NCBI GenBank assembly: GCA_001179505.1 | Contig: CDMY01000878.1 | Location: 62,001-126,000, forward strand | Source of the DNA: Vitrella brassicaformis CCMP3155 | Taxonomy: Eukaryota; Protista; Chromerida | Length of the DNA: 64,000 nucleotides | Direction of reading: 5' to 3' | Part shown: piece after piece, positions 1 to 11,140 of the stretch | How positions within the stretch are numbered: the first letter of the stretch is position 1 | Layout: each line of letters starts with the position of its first letter | The notes under the pieces: model-generated | The model's input: only the letters and a program-made list of their open reading frames with translations | Database searches by the model: none | What the model was told of the DNA's origin: nothing | Made by a program: the position numbers and the translations under genes

Positions 1-3000
1 CTCACCTTCACAAGGCTGTGAGGCCGTCGCTGCGCCAACGCCATCGCAATAGAATCCCGGCCTGAAGGGTTCAGCAACAATCAGAGGGCAGGGTAGTGGT
101 TCTTTCTGCTTCTTTCCAGCGGCAGCCAGTGACACCGACTCACGGGCATGTAATGCATGAAGAGTTGTCTACACCAAGAATCCACACAAAGCCGTTCACG
201 AAGTGAATGCGAGAAGACACTGCATCTGTGTGAGTGGCAACAGCTCACCTTTAGCGCCCTCGAAGGGATTGTAGAAGCCCTCTCTGACACACACAACGTT
301 GACAACCATCCCTTGAACACCCTCCTCGGCCTTTTGTGTATGTGTGATTACGAGCATGCGGTCGGCTCGCTGGACCCGGCAGGGCAGAAGCCGCCCACAG
401 AGCAGATGTTGCCAGTGATATTGTCTCGTGGGGCGGGAGACACGGCCCGGCCAGCGCAGTAGAAGCCAGGATCGCAGTCGCCTTTTGGGGCCGTCAGACC
501 GTAGTGATCACAGTACATCCCCTCCTGGCCAATCAGCATCCATCCATTCATCCAAGTACCATCATCCTTTTCGTCTCGTCTCACTGTGCAGTTGGTGCAG
601 TCGGACGCCTGTGTCAAGCCCATCGTGTCGCTGCAGCAGAACACACCGCGTCAGTGGATGGCCTGTCTTTAAGTTTCGTCTCACCCAAATGTGCCCGGTT
701 CGCACGGCGACGGGTTGTCAGTGCCATCGGGACACCAATAGCCGTAGGGACACGCTTCATGGTCCGTGCTGGCCAGGTTACAGAAGGAGCCGGCTGGGCA
801 TGAGGCGCAATCTTGAGCGCTTGTCGCCGCCGGCGCATTGCGAAAAGTCCTGGAAGAAAAAGGCCACAGCAATGAGAGAAAAGGGCCTGTGTTTCTGCCA
901 TGCACCCACCCACCCAGGAGGACATGGCTCTTGCGTCGACGAGAAGGAGCCCTGTACGCATCCGTTCATGAATGGTGCATGTATGTATGCCTCGACATGT
1001 TTGGGTGAGCGTGAGTACTCACCTCCGGGCAGAAGTATCCCGCGGCGCATTCACCGGTTTTGGGAGAGCCCTCGTTAGAGGCTATTGTGGCAGCTTGTGA
1101 GTACCTGCCGGCGGGCATGGCTTTGCAGTCACTCAGCGCCTCCTTCTGGTAATCGTCATTGTACGTCCCTGTTGCAAAGACGCATACTCGGGCACGAATG
1201 TGTCAGTGTAGTGTGATGGAGCCGACCAGCAGGGCATGGTGTGGGGTCGATAGATCCCCGAGGACAGTAGTGGCCTCGCGTGCATCGGCGATCTACGGGG
1301 GTCTGGGCTGGGACCGTGTCTGTGATAGAGGGAAAGACAGACCGATGCGGCGAAATCTTCCACACCTGACACTTAGCCTCACCTATGCCGTCTTCGGCAC
1401 AGAAGAAGCCCGCGGGGCATTCGTTAGCAAGCATCTGGACCTCAGTCGTAGCCGTCGCATCGCAGTAGTGGCCCTAAGGTGCAACCAACACACACGCGAA
1501 CATAGCACTTGCACTTGTGTGCTTGTGATTTGTTCATGTGCACCTTTGGGCACGGTGTGCACGCATTTTTTCCCTCTGACGAGTACTCGCCCTCTAAGCA
1601 ATCTGTGAAACTGCACACAAGAAAACGCAATGAAGGGCATGCAAAGGCCTCTTCTTGCAGTCTCCTTACTTGCCGTTGGTGCAAGAATACCCCGCCGGGC
1701 AGATGATGCAGAAAGGAAACGCAAGGCCAGGACCTGGGACACACACACCATGTGTGAAAGCTCAGTCTTGATACGAAGGAATCGCGCGATTACCTCTTGC
1801 CTCAAAGTTGGTGTCGTTGGAGTAGGATCCCTCGGGACACTTCGTCTCTGCTTCTGCGGCCTCGGGGCAGTAGTTGGTTGCCGTGCATTCTTCGCAGTCC
1901 GAGAATGCAGACTGACCGGTCTGGTCGTTGTAGGTGCCCGCAGGACAGGGATACTCAGTCGCGCTACATCGCACAATCACCCAGAGACACACAGAGAAAT
2001 GCCTTAGGGAGAGGTGTGGTCGGGATTTGAAATTAGTACTTACTAGGTAGTGCCTTGAGGGCAGTAGTAGCCTGCACAGCAAGCCGACACGCTCATATAT
2101 GGGGAATGCATATACATATGTAGTTTCAAGATTTCCTTTTCATACCCATTGGGCATGGCCCAGATTCAGCCGTGTCGCCCCCTGCATCACACACATAGAC
2201 AGATGAGAATGTCAAAAAGCCTTTGCCAACCTCTCTCCCCGTGTGTTCTCCCCTCCCTCCCTCCCGTTGCCAGCCGACCGTGGCAGTAGGATCCACCGGG
2301 GCAATCAGTGCAGTCCGCCGCTTTTTCTTGGTTGAGGGCCAAGGGATCTCCGTATGTGCCCGGAGGACAAGGGTAGGCATCGGGATGCTCCGTCCCTGAA
2401 CGCCAGCCACGGCAAGTCAAATAAATAAAGTGAGACCGATAAACAAAGGAGACACGTGTGAGCCTCTGAGAGATCCCTTGCCTTCGAGGCAGAAGTGTCC
2501 GGCGGCGCAGTCCTGTGCTCCCTTGATTCCCACCAACGTAGCTGACAAGAGCACACACAAAGACAGCCACCCGTGAAGTCCGTGTCTCCCATAGCAACAG
2601 GCACACACTCACTGCCGGTGGTGCCCCAGTCGCAAGCGTATCCGGCAGGGCACGCTTTGCACTCATCCTCTGACTTGTATGAGGTCCCATCGCCGTACGT
2701 CCCTGGCGGGCACGGATGGGAATCGGGCTGCGCTGTCCCCCGCGGACAAAAGTGACCTTGGGGACACCTGTTTGTTGAGATCAGAATATCAGTGCGTCTT
2801 ATGCGTTTTCTTCCCGATGATTCTTGTGCGGCTTACGAGAGTGAAGGAAGCGCGCTTTGGCCGTAGTGAGGGCAGCTGAAGCCCTCGGTACAGAGCTGGC
2901 AGCTCTCGAGAAACCCCACCTTGTCTTGGTCGTTCCATGTGCCAGGTGGGCACGGTGTGGGCACTGTCGACGACAAGGGGCAGTAGCTGCCTGGCGGGCA

Positions 3001-6000
3001 GTCCGTGCAATCCTCAGGGTGCTCCAGGCCTGATACATAAATTGCACGGAGGTCTGACGGCTTGATCCCTCACCCCTCTTCCCTCGCTCTCTCCTTGTTA
3101 TCACCTTCCGCATCGCTGTAAGTGCCCCTTGGGCATGGCGTTGACGTGTAGTCCAGCGATGCATAGGCGCACCAGTAACCAGGCGGACACAACACGGGCG
3201 CCGTCTGCAGAATGAATGCATCGGACGTTGGCAGTCATTTCGCGGTGACATATGCCGTGCTTCGTACCCTCCCAGGCGTGTCACAGTATGTGCCGGCCGG
3301 ACATGGCTTGCAATCATACTGCACACAATAGAATAGTCAACAAACACGCGCTGTGTGGTTGGCAGCGAGCATCATCTTCGTGTGTGCCACTGATGCGAAG
3401 GCGTACCACGCTCACAGAACCGATCTCGTCATTGTATGTCCCTGATCAATCGTGCATACGCGTGTATTCAAATGGCTTTCACATGTCGTGTCTCTCGTCC
3501 CTGTGGTCTAACCTTGTGGGCACACTGGGATTGCCGATGCCTGTGTCCCAGGGGGGCAGTAGGACCCAGCCTGCCCAGATAGATGTGCACGCGCACAACG
3601 ACCATGACATTGATTCATTGTGACTGTATTTGTTCTCAATCACCGGGCAGACGTTGGCATCAGGGACCGACTGGCCCGCGTTGCAGTAATAGCCTGCACG
3701 AGTCAATGAGAGAGAGGATCAGGAAGACCAGCGGAACGAAGATGTTTGGCGGGAGGGACCTGCTTGAGTGTCGTATACTGACCTGCGACACACTGCTGAC
3801 AGTCGCCGATCTGCAGACAAAGGAGACACCACACGTAGAAATGAGCAAGGCAAGCTGTGATCCTGGTCACTCTTGTTTGCATCTCTTACCTCCCCCGCTC
3901 CTCTCTACACCATGACAAGGGCATTCATAGGAAACACAGATAACAAGCAAACAGACAGACCGACACTCATTGCTGCTATTATCAACCAGCCGTCTCACCT
4001 GAGGGCCCCAAGTGCCTTCCTGTAAGGACAGCAAGACAGCAAGACAGACAGACAGACCAACGCAAAACCGTCTCCGCGTCTTTGGCCGCCATGTGCACAC
4101 TTACGGGGCATTGCGCTGGCGAAATGGTAAGTAGGTCGGCTTCGGTAGTGCCGGCTGGGCAGTAGCTCCTGATCAAATCAGAATCAAACCATGGACGTAC
4201 TTGTATTGTTCGTCGATCGCCTGTGAATGTCCTCCATTCACTGCATTGGCTCACCCCTTTGGACACGCATAGGCAGCGGGTCGCGGAGACGTCGACCCCT
4301 GCTGACACACATATCCCGGAGCGCAGGGCGTGCAAACGCCTACAAACAGAGGCGGAGACAGACTGTGGCCGATGCCTTGCTTGAGCTGTTTGGTTTGTTG
4401 TGAGAAAGTGACCTTCTCCCTCGTATGAGTATTCCCCCTCGGCACAGACAAGAGGCGAAGTACCACTCGCGATCGGATCAGGGCACTCATAGCCTGCTCG
4501 CAATGTCACATCAGCAAGTGAGCTCTGATGCTCATTATCCATTCTTGCTTGAGTCATTCGCCCACCGGCAGGGCATGGAGTGCATTCGGTCTGTCCCGGG
4601 TGGCTGTAACTCTGGAGGTTCTCACATGGCTGTAGACACGTTTTGACACGAGTTACGGCTGCAGGGTGACTCGGTGGGGGGGCCTACGATTGGGTCGAAG
4701 GCAGGATCCGGGCAGTAGCTCCCCGCTGGGCATGTGATGCACGATGCCTCTCCAGGAGGAGAATATGTCCCGAGAGGGCACACCTCCGTCGGGCCGGTGT
4801 CGTTGCACGCCACGCCCCACGGGCACATGGTACAGGCTGTCGATCCTTCGAGGGCGTAAAAACCAGTGAGAGGGGCGTATACCGCTAACGCTGTGCAATC
4901 TTCCGGAGTTGCTATATCCTACGTTGGTCATCACACACATTGGCACAGATGGATGGTCAGATGTGGGTGCGCGGTGTGCCGTGGGCTGTTCCATTGTGTC
5001 TCTCTGTCTCTCCCACCGGTGTGGGGCACTGACTGCCCGCCGGGCATGGGATGCAAGTCTCGGAATTCAAAAGGCTGTATGAGCCCAATGGACACTCAAG
5101 CTGAAAGGCAGAGCCGCTGCCTGACACACACGCGCACACGGAGACCGAGCGGTTGCCAGCGAGACACCACCACGCCCAACGCAGCAGCGGGCTTACCAGT
5201 ATTGTTGCAGAAGAATCCCGCAGTGCACGGGTTGCACTGCAAGCAACCAAAGTAAGCCAGCCACAATGAGCCCGCCCTATGCATGGCATCTCTGCCTGAG
5301 GTAGGCAGAAGCTGCTGTGTCATGTCTGTCTCACCGCAGTCGAACGATAGTCCGAGTACTGTCCATTAGGGCACTGCACAGTGCGAAAGCAAGGACAATG
5401 CTGCGTGACTGCGCGAAGTGGCAGGGTTCTTGCGTCGCCTACCTGAACGATACCTGACCCATCAAGATTCGGACATCGCGATCCAGCCGGGCAGGGGGTG
5501 CAATAGGTCTCGCTGCCCACTGAGCCAGTGAAAGACGCATGTGCACAATACAACACAGTGAGCAAGAGCAGAGGTCATTCTTGCACAGAGGCATGCACAT
5601 ATGGCTCACAAGAGTACTCTCCGGCCAGACAGGCTACGGGCGCGAACGATGGGTCGGGGCACTCGCTGCCTGCCGGGCATGCCTGACAGGTGGAGTCTGG
5701 GGCAGTTGGTAGGTCTGCGTATGTGCCGATGGAACATGGGGTCATAGTATTATTGGTACACTCGGAGCCCGGCAGGCAAGGGAGACAGTCGTGCCTGACA
5801 CACGACACAAGGACAGGCGAAGATGAAAGTACATGTGAACACGCCGATTGTTCATGTCTCCGAAGCGTGGCCTGCATGCTCACGCGAAGGTCCCGTCGGC
5901 ACATGCCCTTCGGTAGAGAGTGATACTGACGGAGCCCGGGCTTCCCTCTGGCAGCCCATTTGGAGGCGAGCGATATACATCGTCGGTGACCGACGTAATG

Positions 6001-8824
6001 CTGGCTTGGCATTTCACCGTGTACGACAGAACGGTGTCGGGTGGCTCGGTTGCCGTGCTGGGAGTGAGAGTAAAAGGAACGCCGTTGGTCCATTCCGGTG
6101 AAGGGAAAGCATCAATAGTGTCGGGGCCGGAGGGGGTGACGTAGTTCGTTGGGCTGCAATCGAGCTGGATCGTGACATCATTCTCCGGGGCCGTCGTCAG
6201 TCGCACTGTGGTTGTCACTGCAGTGCCGCCTTGGAAGGCAACGATGTGGTTCGGCGTCCATGTCACCTGACTCCACAATTGTAGCATCACCAACCGGTCA
6301 TTGCATGCTTTTTCATGTGTCTCTATTGCTCACCCCGGGCACGACGTCATCGAATACCGACACCTCAAAGGGGTCCGGGTAGTGGTTAGCATTGCTGAGG
6401 TCACCAAAGCTGGGGTCACCACCACCAGTGATCGCAAAAGTGATCTCATCGATCCTGGCACCACCGACGTAGGATATGTCGTCAGTGACGCCCGCGATAA
6501 CCACAGGCTTCGGAGTGGCCCAATCGCCACTTGGGCCACTGGTGAACGTGAAGCTTGCCGCGGCGGGGACGAACGTCACATGGCCGTTCGCAGATGCAAG
6601 TGTGACCGTTGTATCTAGGGACGGTTCCGAATCCAACACAATGGTGAAGGCAGTTTGCTGCAGAAAGAGGAGAATGCATCAGCTTTGAGTTGTCCTTTTG
6701 CTTTGTTTCGCTGACTCACTGATTGTCCTTCGACGACCCATCCGTCGCCGGATACGATGACGTATTTGAGGTCGTCGTCGAGCACGGTGACCTGCACATC
6801 GCTGCTGGGCGACCAGCTGGGGGGATTCCATGCATCAGGCGCTGAACCGATGGCGTGGGTGATGGTGAAAGACCCGTCGCTGTCTGCCGTCACGTTGACG
6901 TACTGGTGCTTGTTGTAGTCGACCGGTGTGAAGACAAGGCTTGTCGGGTCCACCGTCAGCCCCAGGCCGGCTATGTTGATGGTGACATCACTGTTTGGCC
7001 TTGAATTTAGCACCACAGAGTAAAATCCTGTACGACAAACAGCAATCACACGACAAGGAACGTGAGAGAAACACAAGCCAGAAAGGTAGGCAGGCAGGCA
7101 GGCTGAGGGGCCAGCAAGTACCAGGCGGCCCGTTCTCTTTGATGACAGGGCAGCCACTCAAGACGACTTGCGGGCCGCCTGTCACAGCAATGACTGCGCT
7201 TGTCGCGGTGGCGCCGCTACCGCCGGCACAACTGCCTGCGTTGGCCTGGTGACAAACAAAAACACACACACAGAAGGAAACAAGTAAACAAACAATCAAA
7301 CAAACGGCAGCCTGAGACAGGCGGTGCAGGCGATCCCTTCTCGTATCTCACCTCTATCGAGAAGGAACCGCTCCTGTCGATTGAGAGGTGATTAAACGTT
7401 GCAACGCCAGTCGTGGCATCACTGAAGACATCCGTGGGGCCCGATAGAATGGCCAGACCACCCGTAATTGAAAGACCGACCGCATTCGACCCAGAAACGG
7501 TGTTGTCGTTGGCGTCTTTCATCACCACCTGAACCCCGAACTCTTCCTCCGCCTGCACAGTCGACGGCGGCTCGGTGGACAACTCAATTTGACTGCAGGA
7601 GCCAGGAGTGATGTCGAACGGGTCGCTGGTGACGGTCAGTGTCCCATCAGTAAAGTTCAGAACATAGTTGCTTCCAGCTAAGATGCATATGCGGCACAGC
7701 AACAAGGGACAGACGGTGAACGTATGTGGAGTCGCCTGTTGTGTCTCAAGCCATACCGAAGTCGATCCGCAGGTCGTCGAAGTCGGCATCACCATTCACT
7801 GCAGGTTCTGAGTCCGTGCTACTGGGTAAGAAGGCGGCCCCACACGTCCCGCTGCCTGCTGCGATGCTTGCAACAATTGGACCACCAATTGGATCTGTGT
7901 ACGTGGCCACCTTGTTTCCAAGACCATCGACGGCCGTCACTATAATCGAAGGCAAGAGGGCCCCCGCCACTGCAGATGCCGGGGGCTGGGTTGTGACGAT
8001 GAGGGCAGCGGCCGGCAGTGGGTCGATGTCGAATTCGGCGCTAGCAACACCGAGACATTCATCACATGTGAACGTCAGCGTGTAAGTGCCCGCGACCTGG
8101 ACGCTCAGGTCGGTGAAATCCACAATGCCGCCCATGCCAGTTGCATCCACGGCCACCGTACCGGAGAGCCCTCCAGTGGGTGGGTTCAGTGCGACATAGA
8201 CGTTCCCAGCGTAAGCGGGATCAATGGCGCCGCCCGTATGCACTTCTACTTGCACGGGATTAAAAGAAGGATCAGTGATGATAGCTCCAGCGGCGGCATC
8301 TTGGGGCTGCTGCGTCATGACCACCTCGTGCGAGGTCAGGTTCGTGACCTCCAGCGTGTAGTAGGCCTCAGCGTACTTTCCATCAGTGGTGTCACATGGG
8401 CCACTGGCGGCATCACTGCACCAGCAGACCCTGTATGTGCCGGTTGTGGGGATAGATCGAGACGAATACGTCTGCTGAGTGGCACTGGATGAGCCAGAGT
8501 CAGGGCTTATCGGACCCGTTCCAGAACCCGTGTCGCCACAGACAGTGGTGCTTGCCACGATGGTAATACAATCGTTGTTGTTAAAGGTAGCACTACCAGC
8601 GGCTCGACGCAACACGATGTCAAAGTCGCGACTTGCGACGACATACTGCAAAGAGAGAAGAACCCTTGCCGTACCCCAGCCAATGGTCAGATTCTTTCGC
8701 TCACTTTGATAACTTGGTCCTCTGCCTGCGGTCCGGCAGTATCCACCCACTTGACAAGGCAGGCGAGGAGAAACCACAGAAGGAACACCAGAGGGGCACC
8801 CCGCATCCCCCTCACACACATCAT
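1..8824 (-). CDS. Giant secreted cysteine-repeat surface/wall protein: signal peptide, YRVCWC-type Cys domain, 3 bacterial-style Ig-like repeats, 3 Calx-beta-like domains and many GCC2/GCC3 (ephrin-receptor-like) Cys repeats. 3' end lies outside the window.
   Basis: Exon 1 (8824-8705) reads MMCVRGMRGAPLVFLLWFLLACLVKWVDTAGPQAEDQVIK (hydrophobic signal peptide; ATG at 8824 or 8806). A 59-nt GT-AG intron (8704-8646) joins it in phase to YVVASRDF. About 25+ further minus-strand GT-AG exons encode CPAGSYC/CPPGTYG/CPKGHYC repeats down to position 1. Confidence 0.85.
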
Positions 8825-10232
8825 AAGGGGTGCGGCAGTCGCACCCAGCCTGACATGAGCAGCCACAAAGAAAGGAAAACAGTGACAAACACACGCAAGT
8901 CTGAGTGGAATGGCCGCAAGCAGCCACGCACCGCTGAGACTGGCTGAGACGGGCTGTGACCAGGACTGCCCTCAGAGGGGGAGGGGGAGGTTCGTGCGTC
9001 AGGGATCTTGCGGAGTGCTGTCTTAATCACTCAGTGAAGGCGCTCTTCCTTCCACTCCTAACTCACAGAGGAATGGTCTGCAGCTGATGGCAAATGTTGG
9101 AGAAGCGAATTCTTGGGCGAATACAGCACTTGGATGCAAGTGCAGGTTGATCTTGGTCCCGGCAAAAGACAGAATGGCGGTGCTTCGCAGCGTCTCCTGG
9201 GGGCTTCATGGGGGCCTCCAGTCTCGGGGGACTGAAAGGAACTTGAAGGCAGTCACGGCTCACTCGAATAGAAACGGCACCTAGTTAAGCGAGACAGACA
9301 GCCAGACGAGCCATTTTTTGTTGCCTTTGGTCGTCAAGCTGTCTGTACTATCTGCCTTGCCGGACTCTTTTCCCCACCGAATGCGTGTTTGTCCGGCTGT
9401 CCGTATGCTCGATTCGTGAATGGGCGTTTGCTATGATTCGTGAGCACGGGAGATGAGAAGTGGGCAGATAGACGGTACACACAATTAATGTGAATGTGGA
9501 GGTGTGATGGCTGGCTGGCTGGCTGAGTGCACACCATGGGATGTGTGTGTGGATGGAGTGGGTGGTCAGACAGCATTGTTCCTTTCATCCGTCCTGGACT
9601 GTGTGTCATCAAGTAAGTAGAGCAGGTAGGTGGAGTCATACCGCGGCCGTTGACGTGCTGCTGTCATTCCATGTGAATGTGTGTGTGTGTGTGTGTGTGC
9701 GTCCATTTTTCGCAGGCAAAACACGTGACGGGATACGGGGACATGACTTGACGCGATCGCCATCGAGTGACTTGTGCATTCGTGTATGTGTAGGCGAGTG
9801 ACTTATGCACCACTTGCGTGGACGGGGGTTGGATGGATGGAAGACACGCGACGGGGAGGGGCACGATGAGATTAACTCGGTACAGAGAAACGGTCTGAGG
9901 CTAAGCTTCGGAATATGTCTGCAGCAACGGACTGTACACGCACTGAAAGAGGCATACATCTTTTAACAGAACCACCCACACACTCCCAAACACACAGCGC
10001 GCACCTATGCCCTCACGCAAGCCAAGCCGAAAATGTGTTCCGTGGTGGTCGGGATCCGTCAAGCGGCAGCAGGTCACGCACCAGGGGAGAGACGAGGGTC
10101 GACCCCTCCCCCAAGACGTGACCGAGTACCACTACACGAACCAACGGCCACAACACGCCAGCACACCACTGGCGGGCGACAAATCCGCCAGTTAGGAAAA
10201 CGCGACAGCAGCGCATCTGTCGATGAAGCTCC

Positions 10233-10932
10233 TCATGTGTCCCCATGATGATCTCTATTCTTCTGGATGTTGCCGACTATGTCATGGCCCTTCCACATCC
10301 AGCCCTCTCGCCTTGATGTCAGACACACACACAAAGCATACCATGACGGCCCTTCCACTGGGTGATGCCCTCCGCCCGCCAAGTTACCTGCCCTTCATGT
10401 GTGACGCCAGCTGCAGCCTCTCCATCTCTGACCTCTCCTCTGCCCCACTGCCAGCCGCCCCGCCAGCTATCCCCGCCTCAGGGAAGGCCCTCGCGAGCAC
10501 AGCCAGCACGCTGTCCTTCCCCACCACGATGCTCTCTCCTCCCAGCTCAACCGCTGGTGTCAGCTCGTCGACTGCCCGCGCCCCGCCCGCCTTGGTCATG
10601 AGCGAGATCCCTTCTTCGTCAAAGTTGTCAGAGATCACACAAGTGGTGACGGCGATGCTCTTGTCAGACAGCAGCCGCAGCAGCTCCTCGCTGTCAGGCT
10701 GGCCGGCAAGGACGTAGAGTTTGCTGATTTGGAGGCCGCCGCTGAGGGCAATCATCGCCTGTTCGAGGCTGTAGACGGCTGAGAGGGCTGATGGTGAGGC
10801 GGCCTTCCTCCGCGACGGGCTGACGGCTGCGATGAAACCACTGCTGACAAAGCGCGGCACCTGTGGCTGCCGTACTGCCTGACTCGGAAGAAGGGGCAGG
10901 GAGAAGAGCCCGATGATGAATGTGGCACCCAT
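10233..10932 (-). CDS. Putative plastid-targeted GST-N/glutaredoxin-fold protein, about 208 aa
   Basis: ATG 10932 gives MGATFIIGLFSLPLLPSQA (signal-like), then a Ser/Arg/Ala-rich acid-free stretch (transit-like). KLYVLAGQPDSEELLRLLSDKSI...TPAVELGGESIVVG..VLAVLARAFP resembles the GST N-terminal pattern. One 76-nt GT-AG intron (10387-10312) extends the frame to TGA 10235-10233. The fold call is by eye. Confidence 0.55.
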
Positions 10933-11140
10933 CTTCTTCAGATTCAAACACTGCCTGGCACGTTGTAGGCTACAAGTGAGTGGATCTGGGGACAGGGCAG
11001 TTCACTCCTTCGTTTTGAGCTCGCAAACGCAAGCTTAGCCAGATGGCGTTTTCTCCGATCCGCACGGCAAGTGTCCTTTTGGATCTCCGTGTGAGCAGCG
11101 CGTCCCTCCTGTAGTGCATTTGCACTGGCACCTGTCCGCA
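10933..11140. promoter_or_regulatory. Putative bidirectional promoter (GST-like/CFAP46), 208 bp, AGCTCGC at 11018-11024
   Basis: Short gap between two divergent ATGs; motif seen directly; function inferred. Confidence 0.5.

Noticed and set aside
8705-8927. Cys-rich disintegrin-like N-terminus in ORF 7746..8927 (GCDCRTPYDVCEGDAGC)
   Set aside because: Wrong frame. The alternative frame gives a clear signal peptide and splices in phase to the next exon through intron 8704-8646.
9240-9314. MARLAVCLA*LGAVSIR: a signal-peptide-like start with an in-frame TAA (readthrough or recoding?)
   Set aside because: The sequence tgtctgtctcgcttaactag is a typical intron 3' end for this genome, and the gene already has a complete signal peptide at 8824/8806. 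At most it is a 9-codon uORF.
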